This document shows, one piece after another, positions 13,576 to 27,040 of a stretch of DNA of 64,000 nt (the first letter of the stretch is position 1; each line of letters begins with the position of its first letter). A program made the translations under genes and the position numbers. The stretch covers positions 12,818,993 through 12,882,992 of the forward strand of contig JARDVH010000169.1 of NCBI GenBank assembly GCA_030324005.1. Reading direction: 5' to 3'. Origin of the DNA: Negaprion brevirostris (lineage: Eukaryota). The notes beneath the pieces are model-generated. The model had not been told where the DNA came from, did no database searches, and saw only the letters and a program-made list of their open reading frames with translations.

Positions 13576-16500
13576 CTGCAAACATATGGAAGATGGGAGA
13601 TTAGGAGCCATTTTAAGTCTGATACGATATGAAAATGAAATATTAAAAAAAAAATTAAACAGAAAGTGACTCATTATGAAAGTTAAAGGTCCCCATTATA
13701 GGCAACTAACAAGATTTGAGAATAGGAGAATAACGTAGGGAAAGCACAATCAAAATGAGTTTAAAACCCTAGCTATCACAACTAGGGTTATGTATTATTC
13801 AGTATTATTCAGACTACGGTGCTGTAAGGACAGTAAAACAGATAATTAAAGGAAAATTCAAATCAATACACATAGAAACAAAAAGAAGAGGAAGCTGAGT
13901 AGAAGCAGCCTAAATTTGGGTGGTCAGGGACACAAAGCATCACCGGCCACTCCAAAAATACAAGTAAGCCACACTCGGTATAGATTTAAATATATGTGAT
14001 GTGCTGTAGTAATTTATTAAAAAAATGAATCAAACCACTCGGGTTAAAGACGGTGTCATCCCGAGCATGCAGTTTTCACAAATGGGTGCCTGTGTTCAAT
14101 CAGCAGTGGCCAAAGGAACTACACATGTACAACTTGCAGGGCTGGGTAAAGCACACAAGGTGACAGAAAATACTCCAGGGTGCGTCCTTTTTGCCTTTCA
14201 AACCAGGGCTGTTAAAAAAGGTAGACAAAGTTTAACTAAAGTATTTAATTCATTAATCCATTATGGACTATTAATTGTTAGATCACTTAAACAGTAGGTT
14301 ACTACTCCAAAAATGTTAAAACCCACACAACACTGTGCCTTGCTTGTCATTCTGTTCATGGGGATTTAAATGCATTTAGGCAAATAGCATATTTTCAGTT
14401 ACTCTAACATCATCTGACACCTTATTTACATATTTATTGAATCACTGGAATTCAATTGGAATTGTTAAAATAGGTACAGAGTTAGCACATTGCTGTGCTC
14501 TGTACAACCTGTAGTTTAGTTCTGTTAGGGTCAGGACTAATGTTTTATATGCACATTGGGTTATGGTGTGAATTCAGTGACTCACATGCAAGGATTATAA
14601 ATCGGATTATCGACAATGGAAACCTGCAACCAATGCAGAATTTTGTAGAATGACAGGTTAGGAAAGAGCATGTGGATCAAAGGTATGGAAGAGGAATGAA
14701 AAGATAGAGGAATTTAAGAGGTTGTTTCCAATGATTGGAGTCACAGAGTACAGGAAATAAGGTGCCATGGGAAATTGTGGCATAACATTATGGTTTTAGG
14801 GTTTGCTGCATGCGCCTTTCCATTTATCATCTGCTAGATGCTATTAACTCTTTCAGTTTGTNNNNNNNNNNNNNNNNNNGAATTACTACACGGTATACAA
14901 CAGGAACACAGATGGAACCCATGATAAAAATACTTCCCCAGCCTTCAATACTGAACCCAATGACAGCAGCAACAACAAAAGAAGATATTTCTCTCTAAAG
15001 TGCACATAGGAATAAATTGAGATATTGCAACTACTCCAATATTTTTGACAGAATTGAAAAAGGCTGCCAGAATCTCCGGGAGAGCTCGATTCATTGTGGC
15101 TGTCAGACTATGACGAACACATCAACCAGCGTTCAACAACACTGTCTAGAACACAATTAGCAAGAGATTCTAGTATAATATGCTGCATACAAAAAAAACC
15201 CTCGCCTAGGGTTCGGGCGGGNNNNNNNNNNNNNNNNNNNNNNNNNNNNNNNNNNNNNNNNNNNNNNNNNNNNNNNNNNNNNNNNNNNNNNNNNNNNNNN
15301 NNNNNNNNNNNNNNNNNNNNNTGCACTGTCGGGATTCTGATCATAAGTGGCTGTTACATTGATTGAATAGAGGTTCAATATGCTGCTTACAAAAAAAACC
15401 CTCGCCAAGGGTTCTGGAGGGCTGCAGCAGTGACGACAGTGTGAGTTGGAAAGAAAATAATTCATGGGCTGTTAAATCAGGGTGGACTGAGATACTGGGT
15501 GATTCGAAACGCTAAAGAGCAGGGCTTTGGCCCAGAAATATTCAAACATTTTCTGGAACATGTTTAGTCAGACTTCAAACTGTTATTACTGGCAAGTGAT
15601 AAGATGACACAGCTCCACTCCCCCCTACCCTAAGACAGTGATCCACAAAACCTGGAACAGCACGCTCTTTACCTTTAAAGCTGCAATATATTACTGTGAA
15701 ACTACAAAAGTGTTTTCATTCCTCATTTGCAATATAATTTTTTAAACTTGTTTGAACATACATTTCCTTAGATTAAATCAGCATGGGCAGGTGGTTCTGA
15801 ATAATGTAGATAGCCTTCATCTATTTGCGTCACTTATAAACATACAATAGTGTATGTGTACCAGCAGGTTCACAGAGTAATCTGTAACTACTAATAATTC
15901 TACATGATATATTGAAAAAAAACATAATTGCTGAAAAATAATTTCAGATCATATCCAAACAGCTGTTTGTTGGGTTTATGCATTTTCAAATAATTTCTGC
16001 TTATTTTGAACTTAATTAAATTGTACTAAATCTATCCAAATCTCAGTCTCCCAGCATTGGAAAACCTGAGCTTTAAACTCTCGAGCTCTGAAACTAGCTG
16101 TTTTTACCAAGAAGGGTTCTTTGTGTGTACGTGTGTGTGCGTGCACTCTCCTTTATTTTGAAAGTTAATTGCATTTATTTGGGTTTGTTCAAATGCCGCA
16201 ATGAAATGGAGACTTAGCGCACATCAGACAATAAAAGGATCACTTCTGGGTGGACTGCACTCTTGTCACCACTTGGCAGATTTTCTGTGTGCGCCTGTTT
16301 TTTTTTTAAGTACTGTTTGAAAGGAGGGGAAAAAAAGGCACCCCAAACTACGCTGTCATGCACAGCTGTCAGCACTGGCTGCGGAATGTGACCAAGGGCA
16401 CCTATGGAGGTCACTGAAAACAGAACGGATGGACTGGTATCTGTACTCCATAGACAAGCTTAGTGCCTGATGTAACTTACAGTGGACAACACCTCCCTGT

Positions 16501-19500
16501 TCCCTTGCATTCAGCAGACACAGGCAACTGAGTGAAGGGTCACTGAGCAAGTAAACGTCCCCTTTGTTCCTGTTAACAAGCAGCATGGATCCTGCCTCTT
16601 CTGTAACAGGTGCAGGCTTTGGCAAAAGCACGTGATTGTGGAATTGTGGGCTTTAAATGACTCACTTAGTAAACCCGCTTGAGCTTCATCCTTTACTGAC
16701 AAGTATGAAAGAGGAGATACATTAAAAACAAATTTAAACTGAGCATTGGCATTGTCAGAAATTATTTTTGATAGCATTCTACAACTTCTTTTCCCCTGTT
16801 CTGTTTAAAAAAAACTTAGATCAAATTTCACTGGCAAGTCTTGGCTGTCTAAAATATATAATCTGATGTTGCAGTGAGACAAATAGTTACCAGCCAATTG
16901 GGATGCAGGACTTATAATCTTCAATGAGGTAAACAGTCAAACAAGCTTTCGCTGCACCTGTGCTTGTAGTTCATTATCTGGGATGCTGGCAAATCACTCA
17001 AAAGCAATCTGTATTAGTACAAATTGTACAGATAACACACTCGCTACCTTGTGACTGTGTTGCAGGGCTTGAGTGCTTATAATTGAATTGATGACAACTT
17101 ACACACATGCTCCTTAAGCAACCTTTTAACAATCGGCACTATATGATGTATTCCATAATGCACATGGCATAAATGGTGTCAAACCAGAAACCAGCCAAAG
17201 AGCAGATTTCCTCAATTCTGTTGTTAAGATAATTTACCATTTAACGAGAGATCAAATCATGCTCAAAACGAAACGCATGCATTTTCTCCCCTCTTCTCAC
17301 TCACTTTGAAAAAAACTTGCAGACAATAGGAGAATATCAGTCTCCCACTGTACGGATGAGTTCTTCATGGACCCCACAAAAGGTGATCTGAATCCATTCA
17401 ATAACGGATATCCCAGCTGAAAGTTTCAGGACCTTCATGCTAACTTTTAAAAACCTGCTATCCATTTGGGAAGTGCCCCGTCACTATTCACCACTTCGAT
17501 CTCAGTGTGGCTAAGCTAGGGAATATAGTGTGTGGGAAAAGCCAAATTCCAAGTCCCATTTCCTCCAATTCTGTGCTGCAGCAAACTGAGGATTAAAGTG
17601 TTTAAGGAAACCAGATCCATTTCCCTTAATTACTCACCAGTGCAACCTTCTCTTTTTCTAACTCCAGCTCCCATTGCTGCATTCTCAATGTGAAAGAGTT
17701 ACCATTGTTTGCAGGATTGGGTAACTAGGCAGCAGTAAGATTTCTCATTGAAAATGAACCTAATTATGAACTCTCTGGGTTGCACAATATTGTCCTGGGT
17801 CAGAATTGTGTTCAGCAATATCATGCTCTCCACAATGGGCCCCCACCTTGAAAATAATAACTAACGGACTCCGCAGTCTATACTTTGTGCTGACACTCAT
17901 CAATACAAGCTCAACTTGTGAATGGGGGAGCAATAGAATCTACTGACCACAGTAGGAGAAACCCCACTGAAATTAAACTGTTCTCCTGTGATACTGGCAT
18001 TATTGTTCACAGACCTAATTCTGGAGCTGAGGTTTCAAGGAGACCCCTCCCAAACTCCCCCCCCCCCCACTGTCTCCATCCTACCTCCCATCAAACACAC
18101 AAGATAGCAAATGGCCAATGGCATTGAGCAGACTCAACAAAAGTAACTTCTAAAAGGAAAATGTGCCCGTCCATCAAATAATTTTAGCTGAAATTAATAA
18201 ACATTGACATCAATTACAGTTTGCTTGATGCCAAATCTGAAGGTGCATTTCCTACAAGCTCTGGCATAATAACAGGGACTGAGTGGAAATAATGTGTGAC
18301 TCAAGTATGCTTGATTAGTGTGCACTGTAATTGTAATAAATAGTGTCCTGTGAACAATAGCAAATCATTTGGATTAATTTAACATTTGGAGAAGTGCTTG
18401 AGGGATCGACAATAATACAAATAAATATCTACAGAAAACGTATTTTGCCATATTTAATCAGGAGCATCTCATCATGAATGACTTAAAATAATTATATCGC
18501 GCTATTTATCATTTCCCATTAATGTCTTTAACTTTGATAAGACATTGAGGATTGTCGAAAAAATTCAGATCAAATCCTTATAAGACTGGAGTTCTGAACC
18601 AAACATCTGAACCCGAGGAAGTGTAATGTGTTTTAGATTTCTCCTGTTACTGCGTAATTAGACAGGGTTAATTCATTTCATCTGGTCATTATTATAAATC
18701 TTATTGAACTGATTGTCAAGCATCAGAAAACGTCAGAATGACTTATTGAGATCGTTTCACTTTTAATTTAAGCCAATGGCTTTTTGTTTTGAAGAAACAC
18801 TGCACTTCCACATTAATGAGGACACTTCCAGAAATCTCTGGACAACGGCAGCAAAAATCCCCAAACTAGCTTAGAGCAATCCGAGGAGGTTGATTCTAAC
18901 GTCAGCTGCTGCTTAGATTCAAACCCCCGCACCGATAACTCCTGGATTCATCTGCGTGTTGTCAAACATGTACAGCATTAGTTTGAGAATTCGCAGGGTG
19001 GCAGTTTCACTGAGGATCCAGAATGATCCAGACGGCTGCTGTCTATTTACGCGCGGCAAGGCAAATGATGTGCTTGCCGTGCATTTTTTCTCAGTTATGC
19101 AATGACTGGTTAGCAATTGAAAAGATAACATGAGAAAATATTCATACTTTTTTTATCAGCAACTATGTTCCTTCGGCCTCCTCATTTATATTTCCCAGCT
19201 TGCACAATTTTAGAGTTAAAGGTCTTTGTCTCATCAATAGTGAAGGGAAAGATGCAAAACGTTGTCAGGGAATATCTCTCTGGGTACGGTCAGCTTATAA
19301 TCTTTCAGACATTGTGCTTAGCATTTGTTGCAAATGGACTTATCTGTACGTATGAAATCAGAACTGGTCGCACCCATTCAAATCAGACGCTATCTGTCAA
19401 TTATATCCCTTTCGTAAAATCTAGAGGGTTAGCAATTTTAACATAAAGAGGCTTCAGAAAGGCATTTGTGGGAAATCTTTGATGCTCTACTTAGGATCAA

Positions 19501-21522
19501 ATGCAGCAGAATTTTCCAGTCGCCCNNNNNNNNNNNNNNNNNNNNNNNNNNNNNNACAGCCGATTTACGCTAATGCCAAAGAACGCACGCCTGTGTGTGT
19601 GTGTGAGACAGTGTGACACTGTATGTAATATATAATAAACACAGGGTTCTCTGATACCTTATTCCTTAAGTAGCAGCACCACCTGCTGTTTAATACATTC
19701 ATCTAATCATCTGCACTATCTCTTCCACACTCCACCAACTACTGCTTTAAGTTTAAATGAAAAACAATTACGAGGCATTGTGGAACTTAGACATGAGGCA
19801 GTGTACAGTAGTATTATTAAGTGAAACGGCTCCATTTAATTACTTAAATTTTTAAAAAGCATAATTTAAACTAAAAATTAGACTGCACTGATTACTTGAA
19901 TAAAAAAAGTCTAAAATATTCAACTATTTAATTGCATTTATTTTCACAAGGATTGTTTCCTTTTATGTATTTAATGCCCTATCCCTGGCCTTGTGAAATC
20001 TGAATGAAGCTTTCTAAATGATAGTGTACATTAAAGGCAGTATCCATATTTGGCTCAGCTAAGCAGTGCTCAAATAAATACCATAGTCCATGTCACTGCA
20101 CTTTTTAGTTTAACCACCACATTGTTGTTCCCACATTACAACAACGCAGAACAGCAAGAAACCACACTTAGCTTTTAATGTAGCAATAAAGAGGCACATG
20201 CTATCAAAACAGCAAATAGAAGACAGTAAATCCAATCTTGAGTTCCAATAATGTTCATGAAAACATCGGATTGCTGCCTTCTTCATGGTCTTAATGACAC
20301 CATTATAAACACTTGCTCCACCTGCAGGATTGTGGCTTTCTCCCAGGTACCTGTGTAATTGTCTGCAGTCCAGTTCAGCTTCATTCAAAGATCATTTTTA
20401 GAACCTTTAAGATTACACTTCTTGTGTAATATGTTCAGAGGACGAGCAGACTGGAAATCAGGATGGAGTTGGGGAAGTGACAGAGGACGGCTCAGCAGGC
20501 ATTTCAAATACGTCCAGCAATTATTTTTGATCAATGGGCAGAACAGCACTTCAAGACTTGCCACAAACGGCAGCTCGAAGGAGCCAGAGCTTTGCTGACG
20601 TTGCTGGCATCTGCACTTGAAGATTCGGCAGAAAGGAGCTGCTGATATAGATAGTCTTCCTCGTCATGTTTCACTTACAGCTTCCCCCCCCCTCCAACCT
20701 CTGGTTGCGGGNNNNNNNNNNNNNNNNNNNNNNNNNNNNNNNNNNNNNNNNNNNNNNNNNNNNNNNNNNNNNNNNNNNNNNNNNNNNNNNNNNNNNNNNN
20801 NNNNNNNNNNNCTCCCCAGCGCCTCTTTACAATTATCCGGGGAATAGCTGAATTGGAGCAACTGAGGTGGTCCCAGGTCTAATCCCCGGTTTATTTTGTG
20901 TCAGGCAGGTGGGTGGGTGACCCAAACACCCTGGGTTAGAGAGGCACAAATTGGCTTTGCATTGTTGATAGGGACGCATGTTTAAACGTGGTGCTGGAAA
21001 CATTTCTGTGATTGTTGCCCGCTTGCATTCTCATACCCCCGTCAAGATTAATAATAACCACTCAAACAAAACACCAAAGAGTGACCAGCATTTCTGTAAC
21101 CATACCATGTTAGAAATCAAAACCTTAAAGAATTGGGGAGAAAAAAATACAATCCAATTCAAAGGCCAGTACTTAAGCTAAAGAGCCCAGATATTTGACC
21201 CTATCTGTGTTGACTTAGGCACAACCCAGTGACATAAATGAAGAGGCTTAAGATTCAAAAGATCAATATCAGTCATTTCATCTGAGCAAATCTTGATTAT
21301 GGCTGATCCCAGTATCACTGAAGTCTAATTGACAAAGTGGCTGCAAAAAAAAACTAAAATAGATAATCACTGCACTCCAACTAGAAGGACAAATCTAAAG
21401 GAATGGAAACAAACTGCAGACGGGCAAGGCAGGTGGGTTAAGGGGAGAACACGGGGAAAAATAAATCAAACGGGAGGCAAAAGGGATGGGGTAAATTAAT
21501 TGTTGACAAACCAATGACTTAC

Positions 21523-21555
21523 TTGAGCTGATATATCCGTTATAGCCATATTTTG
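21523..21555 (-). CDS. KCNMA1: Alternative 33-nt exon at site C2 (phase 1-1): (P/S)KYGYNGYISS
   Basis: Acceptor ttttttttgcattatcttcag, donor A|gtaagtc. Symmetric and open in frame. Resembles the YGYNGYLS-type linker insert I recall from non-mammalian vertebrate Slo1. Confidence 0.88.
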
Positions 21556-23693
21556 CTGAAGATAATGCAAAAAAAATGACAGGTTAAAAGATGCAGAAAA
21601 CAAGAATTATGTTTTATGAAAGGTCAATGTGAAGCACAGGGAAAAGAAATTCAATACAGGGGACCTTACGTTTTAAAATGTCAGGATTGGCAATGCACTC
21701 CAATCAGTGTCTCCCATACAGGTTACCATTTGTATTGTTTCTCGTGCTCATCTCTATATACAAATGAACTCCTAAGCCAAACAATCACTGATGTATAGTG
21801 GGTGACATTCCCAACACCACCAAAAATGTGAAAATGACAAGGCGTACATCCCATAACGGCCATTAGAGATCCTCGGGCCAATACAAAAATTCTATCACCG
21901 GTTTGGATACTGAGGAGAGATGCCCAGGTNNNNNNNNNNNNNNNNNNNNNNNNNNNNNNNNNNNNNNNNNNNNNNNNNNNNNNNNNNNNNNNNNNNNNNN
22001 NNNNNNNNNNNNNNNNNNNNNNNNNNNNNNNNNNNNNNNNNNNNNATTCTGAAGTCAAATCAAACTAGGCAGTTGCACCATGGATGTCATTTACAGACTG
22101 AACTAGGGAGGCTGCTGGGAAAATTCCTTTGAAGTAGAACATAGAGCAATGAAGGGATTGTGAAGAGGAGAAAAGTACATAGCTCAAGAAAGGAGTAAAC
22201 CTCCACAGTGATGCACCAGGCCAGAATTCGGATGGAAAATGAGTTCAATCCCAATTATCCTGAAGAAACTTAATGATAGAAAACTGCAGTGCTAAATTGA
22301 GGAAGTAAAGGGATAAACTAATTGTTTGCAAACGGATGACTTACACGAACTGATATATCTGAGACAGCACCACAAGAGCTCTTTGCAATCTAAGTAGCTT
22401 TTGCTTTTCTGTGTGGTGTTCTACTCTGGAGATAATGCTAGCAGAAGAATTGCCTCACTAAAATTATTGAATTCAGTGCTGACAAGTGCGATTGCTGTCT
22501 GCATCTGGATAGCCTGGCCGGAACTCTGTTTCTAATGCAGGCTGACTTGAGGAAAGAAACAGGAGCTGAAATTTGCTGTGAGCCTGCTCTGGGTGAAGGT
22601 TTGCGCTTCTCCATAAAAGCTTTTGTATTATTCACAAAAGGTCACTCTTTGGACTGAAGGCAGGAGTGTGACAGAAATGTTCCCGGGAAACAGTTCTTGT
22701 CCTGGCATCTGTCGCATGGAATAGTCCAGAGCGGAAGGGCTCCGAAAAATAACTGCTGAGCATCTGTCTTGCACAAAAAATGTTGCAAGAAGATTCTGCT
22801 GCCTGGTGGTAAGAAACTGTCAGGGTGAGTTTCATGACAACCAGCAACATTCAGAAAATGAAAATGCAAACATAATTTCCATGTCACCACATATAAACCC
22901 TCCACTGAATTCACAGCAGAAGATGCAGACAGCATCATTTCCAGCCTGTCCACATCACAACAAACCACTCACTGTTTAGTTTCCAGTGACCCTCGTAAAA
23001 ACACTGTAGTAACAAGCCCAAGCTAACGACTGCCTTTAGCAATAGAAATTCCTGACCTCTCTTAAAGCTCCAGTCCCTCTTCCAGTTGGCCTGCACAGGT
23101 TGTCTTTTAAATGTCATCTTGATGCAACGCCCCCTTTAAAATGTTTGCATGGCATTAAGAACAGGTTAGCAGTGCGCAGAAAGAAAAAGGACATTGCTTC
23201 CCATTGTTTAACTACTTTGGTACTTCACGGTATCACTTGGATAACAAACAGGGTCCAACAGTTTGAAATTGCTTAGATCCATTTTTGCACACATTAATTA
23301 CACACTGATCCTTTGCTGCAAGCATTCAAAGATCCCCTCCAAGCAATACTCCATTCTCACTTAGCTATACATGGAATTCCCTATTAAACCTCATCACTGC
23401 AAAGACAAGCTCAAGGTGACCCACCGCCACCTTGTCAGGGTAACTACAAATTGAGCAACAATTGCAGCCTGGCAAAAGTCACTCACATCCCGAAAACAAA
23501 CACTATCATAAGATAGGCTCAGACAAAAAAAAGACACTTGTGGTTGGCAACTTCATCTTTCCAGAATAGCGTCTCTCTATTTTTTTTTAAACTGAAGCCA
23601 GAAAGCTACTTTGTGCTCAACCATAATTCCCTGCAATCCATTCCAACTTTCTTTCAGAATGAAAAGTAGAATACTGTGGAAATCTAAAATAAG

Positions 23694-23785
23694 AAACAGA
23701 AGATGCTAGGGATGCTCAACAGGTCAGGCACCATTTGTGGAGAGAGAACTGGAGTTAATGTTCTGCGACCTTTCATCAGAAGTCG
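23694..23785. mobile_element. Penelope-like terminal repeat, left arm; the inverted right arm is split into 23914-23977 and 25645-25710
   Basis: aacagaagatgctagggatgctcaacagg..gtggagagagaactggagttaat is the inverted counterpart of attaactctttctctctccacggatgctg..gctgagttttcctagcatttctg. A decayed CTGATGA..GAA hammerhead core is present. Confidence 0.65.
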
Positions 23786-23977
23786 GAAAAGTTAGAAATT
23801 TAATTGGTTTTGAGCAACGGGAGGGGTTGCACAAAGACTAAAGGTAGGTCTGTGATTGGGTGCAAAACAGGAGTGATGGGATGATCCTGGGCCTCGGAAA
23901 AACCCAGCCCTTGCTCAAAACCTAATACATTCCTGACTTTTCCCAGTTCTAATGAAAGACCACAGGCTTGAAATGTT

Positions 23978-25644
23978 GGACCTGAATTTATGCACAGGTG
24001 GAAACTGCAAAAATGGCACTAGAGGCCTGAATTGGAAATCCTGCCCAGTCCCACCCAGGAGAGGTACTGGGGGCAAATTGAACTTTGCACATCTCTGGCC
24101 CTCAGAGGCAGCTGTACATGTTAACATGTGCAGCTGCCTCCAGCCTGATCTAATTGTTACTAGGAGTTGGAAATATGACGTGCGCATTACACCTGGTAGT
24201 TGAAGATTTAAATTTACAGGAATTATTTGGAGTGATAGGGTACCCTTTTTGAAATGGCCCCAGGATGGCTTTGTGAGATGTCTTGGGGGAAAGGTGAGGT
24301 GCCCTTTGGGATTGTTCAAAGTAAACATGAATGTGTGTAGTAGTGGATAAACAGTCAAGCTCATTGGAATACTCAAGCTCAATTGACCTTTCAAACAGAG
24401 ATGTCACAGGGAACTGTCAAGCTGTCAAGGCAACTGTCAAGGCTCACTGGAACTGTCAAGCTATCAACGGAATTAAATATCCAAGCTTTTAATTAAAAAA
24501 AAAAGTTTGCAGGGCTAAAGAAAACTGCTGCTTGCTAACACTTTGCCTGTTAACATAAGACTGAGGGTTATCATTATAGGATTAGTGCTGCATCACTGAT
24601 TTCACAATCTATCATTATCATAGTAGGTTGCCTGTCAATTCCCATCTTGATTGACTGCTCAAAGTGGTTATAAAGCTTTTCATTTTATTTTCTTCATTCG
24701 CGGGAAATGGGTGTTGCTAGCTGGCCAGCATTTATTGCCCTTCCCAGTTGCCCTTAGAGGGCAGTTGAGAGTCAACCACATTGCTGTGGCTCTAGAGTCA
24801 CATGTAGGCCAGACCAAGTCATAAGGATAGCAGATGTTCTTCCCCAAGTGAATCAGATGGGATTTTCCAACAATCAACAATAGTTTCAAGGCCATCGGTG
24901 GATTCTCAATTACAGATTTTTTTATTGAATTCAAATTCTACGATCTGCCACGGCAGGATTTGAACCTAGGCCCCCAGAACATTAACTGAATTTGTGGATT
25001 AATAGTCTAGTGATAATACCAGTAGGCCATCGCTTCCCCAATCAAGTCTTTGGGGCCGTGAAAACAAATGTTCTAAGAGATTAAATGGTTGAAGAAATTT
25101 AAGTGTAACAAATGGGTTAACAATGAAAGTGTTCATTTAAACAGTGAATTTATCTATAGACACTTAAAACTTTATTTTTTCTCAACATGATCCTGAGATC
25201 TGCCCATGCTAGATACTCCATCTGAGGGTACAGGGGATAGGAGTGCATGGGTGGGCACTAAATTGATATTGCTGCTTTAAAGGGCCATGGGAGGTTGGTG
25301 GAGGGGCACAGGTTGGCAAGGAGGGCATGAGTTGGCATAGAGGGGTGATGGAAGTGCGGGGAGTGGGTTGAGGACTAGAGGACTGTTACTTGTTTTATTG
25401 GGTTTTGCAGCTGGGACAGAGTACCGGATCACTGAGGCCTGCCTTTTGTCCAGCTCACCCCTGAATCCAGAAGCTCACATGCTATCTCAGAACTGTTTCT
25501 GAGGGGAGTAGGTCTGACTCCCATAGAAACCCAGCACCCTGAAATAAAACCCAGACTTCTGGGGCACTTTCTCCCGCGTGGTGTTTATGGAGCCTGGAAT
25601 TCTTTCAACTCTGAGCCCCCGACCCAAGAGTGAAAATTCAGGCC
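23978..25644. mobile_element. ~1.7-kb non-autonomous DNA transposon inserted in the Penelope-like arm
   Basis: Terminal inverted repeats g(a/g)cctgaattt ... aaattcaggcc. The host sequence aaatgtt|..|attaac is interrupted at these ends. Confidence 0.6.
24700..25040 (-). mobile_element. Second tRNA-derived SINE family copy, nested in the transposon
   Basis: Collinear homology with 7755-8132. Confidence 0.85.
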
Positions 25645-27040
25645 ATTAACTCTTTCTCTCTCCACGGATGCTGTGTAGCTTGCTGAGTTTTCCTAGCATT
25701 TCTGATTTTGTTTAAGAACAATTTTGCCATTTCTTCCAAACTTGTCTCCACAAACTTGAACCATAATTTTATGTCCTGGTGCTTTGACGTGGAAACAGAA
25801 GCAGACAAACTCAATCAAACTACTTGCATACGAAAAACCAATAGTTTGAAGCTGAGTTTTGGGATCATTGTATATGGAATAAAGTCCAGCAACAAGCAGA
25901 GCTGTTCCAGCACTTGTTCATCCCAAATCCTATAAGGTTTTCTGTAGATCCCATTTCTACCCCAGACTTAGTAAGAAAAAGATAAGTGAGCCTATGACTT
26001 TAATGTTCACATTTGTACTGTGTATGCATGTGAAGGCTAACCTTTTTATGGGATTATTGCTAAAATAGCTTGACTGCTTTGCTTCCTTGATTGCTACAGA
26101 TCAGTAAGTGTTTGTTAAGTAAACATACATTGTAGATTCACCTGTATTATATGAGTGGTGTGTGCAAGGTGTCTTCTACTGAAATCATGTTGATAAAACA
26201 GTGTTGCTGGAGCCACATCTGTGACTAGTCAGCACTTTATGGTGCCCCTGCACAGGTTTAATAAGAGATGATCAGGGGATGTAATGAGGCTTCTGTAGCT
26301 AACACTATTACCACTGCTGTACCCTGTTGATATGTGCGAACATGTTGGTATGTTTGTACCTCTGCAATATGATATATTCTGCCACCTGCCAAATATTTTC
26401 CATGCTTGACAAAATAATGAGTTGCTCTCCATGGACCAATAACATTTCTACAGTTTAACTTATTCAGAGTTCAATGGCATAATTGTGTTGATGAATGCAC
26501 CTTTAGCTTGTACTAATGCAAAAGCATCTGCATCAATCATTCCAACAGGAATTACTGTGCAGCTAAAAGATAGAAAGACTGCTGTGTGACTATTCTCCTG
26601 CTCATCCATTTTCCAATAGCCTCCCTTCATTTCCAATCTGGTATAAAATAATGAAATGTGAGTCAATTATGATTTTAATCTACTACTAAACTAATCCATA
26701 TTCCTCTGAGGGAATGATTTGTTAATGTTGTACAGCTAAAGCAACAGTACCATTCAACCAAGTCATTTAAATATCAGTGTGATTAAAAAATTACTGTGGA
26801 ACTGTGAAAATTGTGAACTGGTTGGAGCAATTTAATAGCCCACAGCCCTTCCAGCCTCACACGATAGGATCACGTCCAACAAAGATAAAAGGATAAAAGG
26901 CTCCCCTTCTTATAATTTGTAAAGCTTTTGTAAAATTATTTTTGACAGTATCAACTAAGTTCTCATTGGGCACAGGGCCACAACGACAAAAATGGACAAT
27001 AATTTGGACAACTATTGGTCCTTGCGTCTAGTGCAGGAGC

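Noticed and set aside
15177-15421. 45-bp imperfect direct repeat (aatatgctgc.tacaaaaaaaaccctcgcc.agggttc.gg.ggg) at a 200-bp offset
   Set aside because: The first copy ends exactly at a 100-N placeholder gap, so it is most likely a low-quality contig-end duplication.
21670-21753. 84-nt segment with tatag acceptor and AAC|gtaagg donor, 114 nt upstream of the 33-nt exon
   Set aside because: In-frame TGA in phase 1 and a weak pyrimidine tract; no support as a coding exon. A poison role cannot be excluded.
23915-24394. 159-aa ORF as a transposase fragment
   Set aside because: No recognisable DDE or other domain; it crosses the element boundary and starts at a non-ATG codon.
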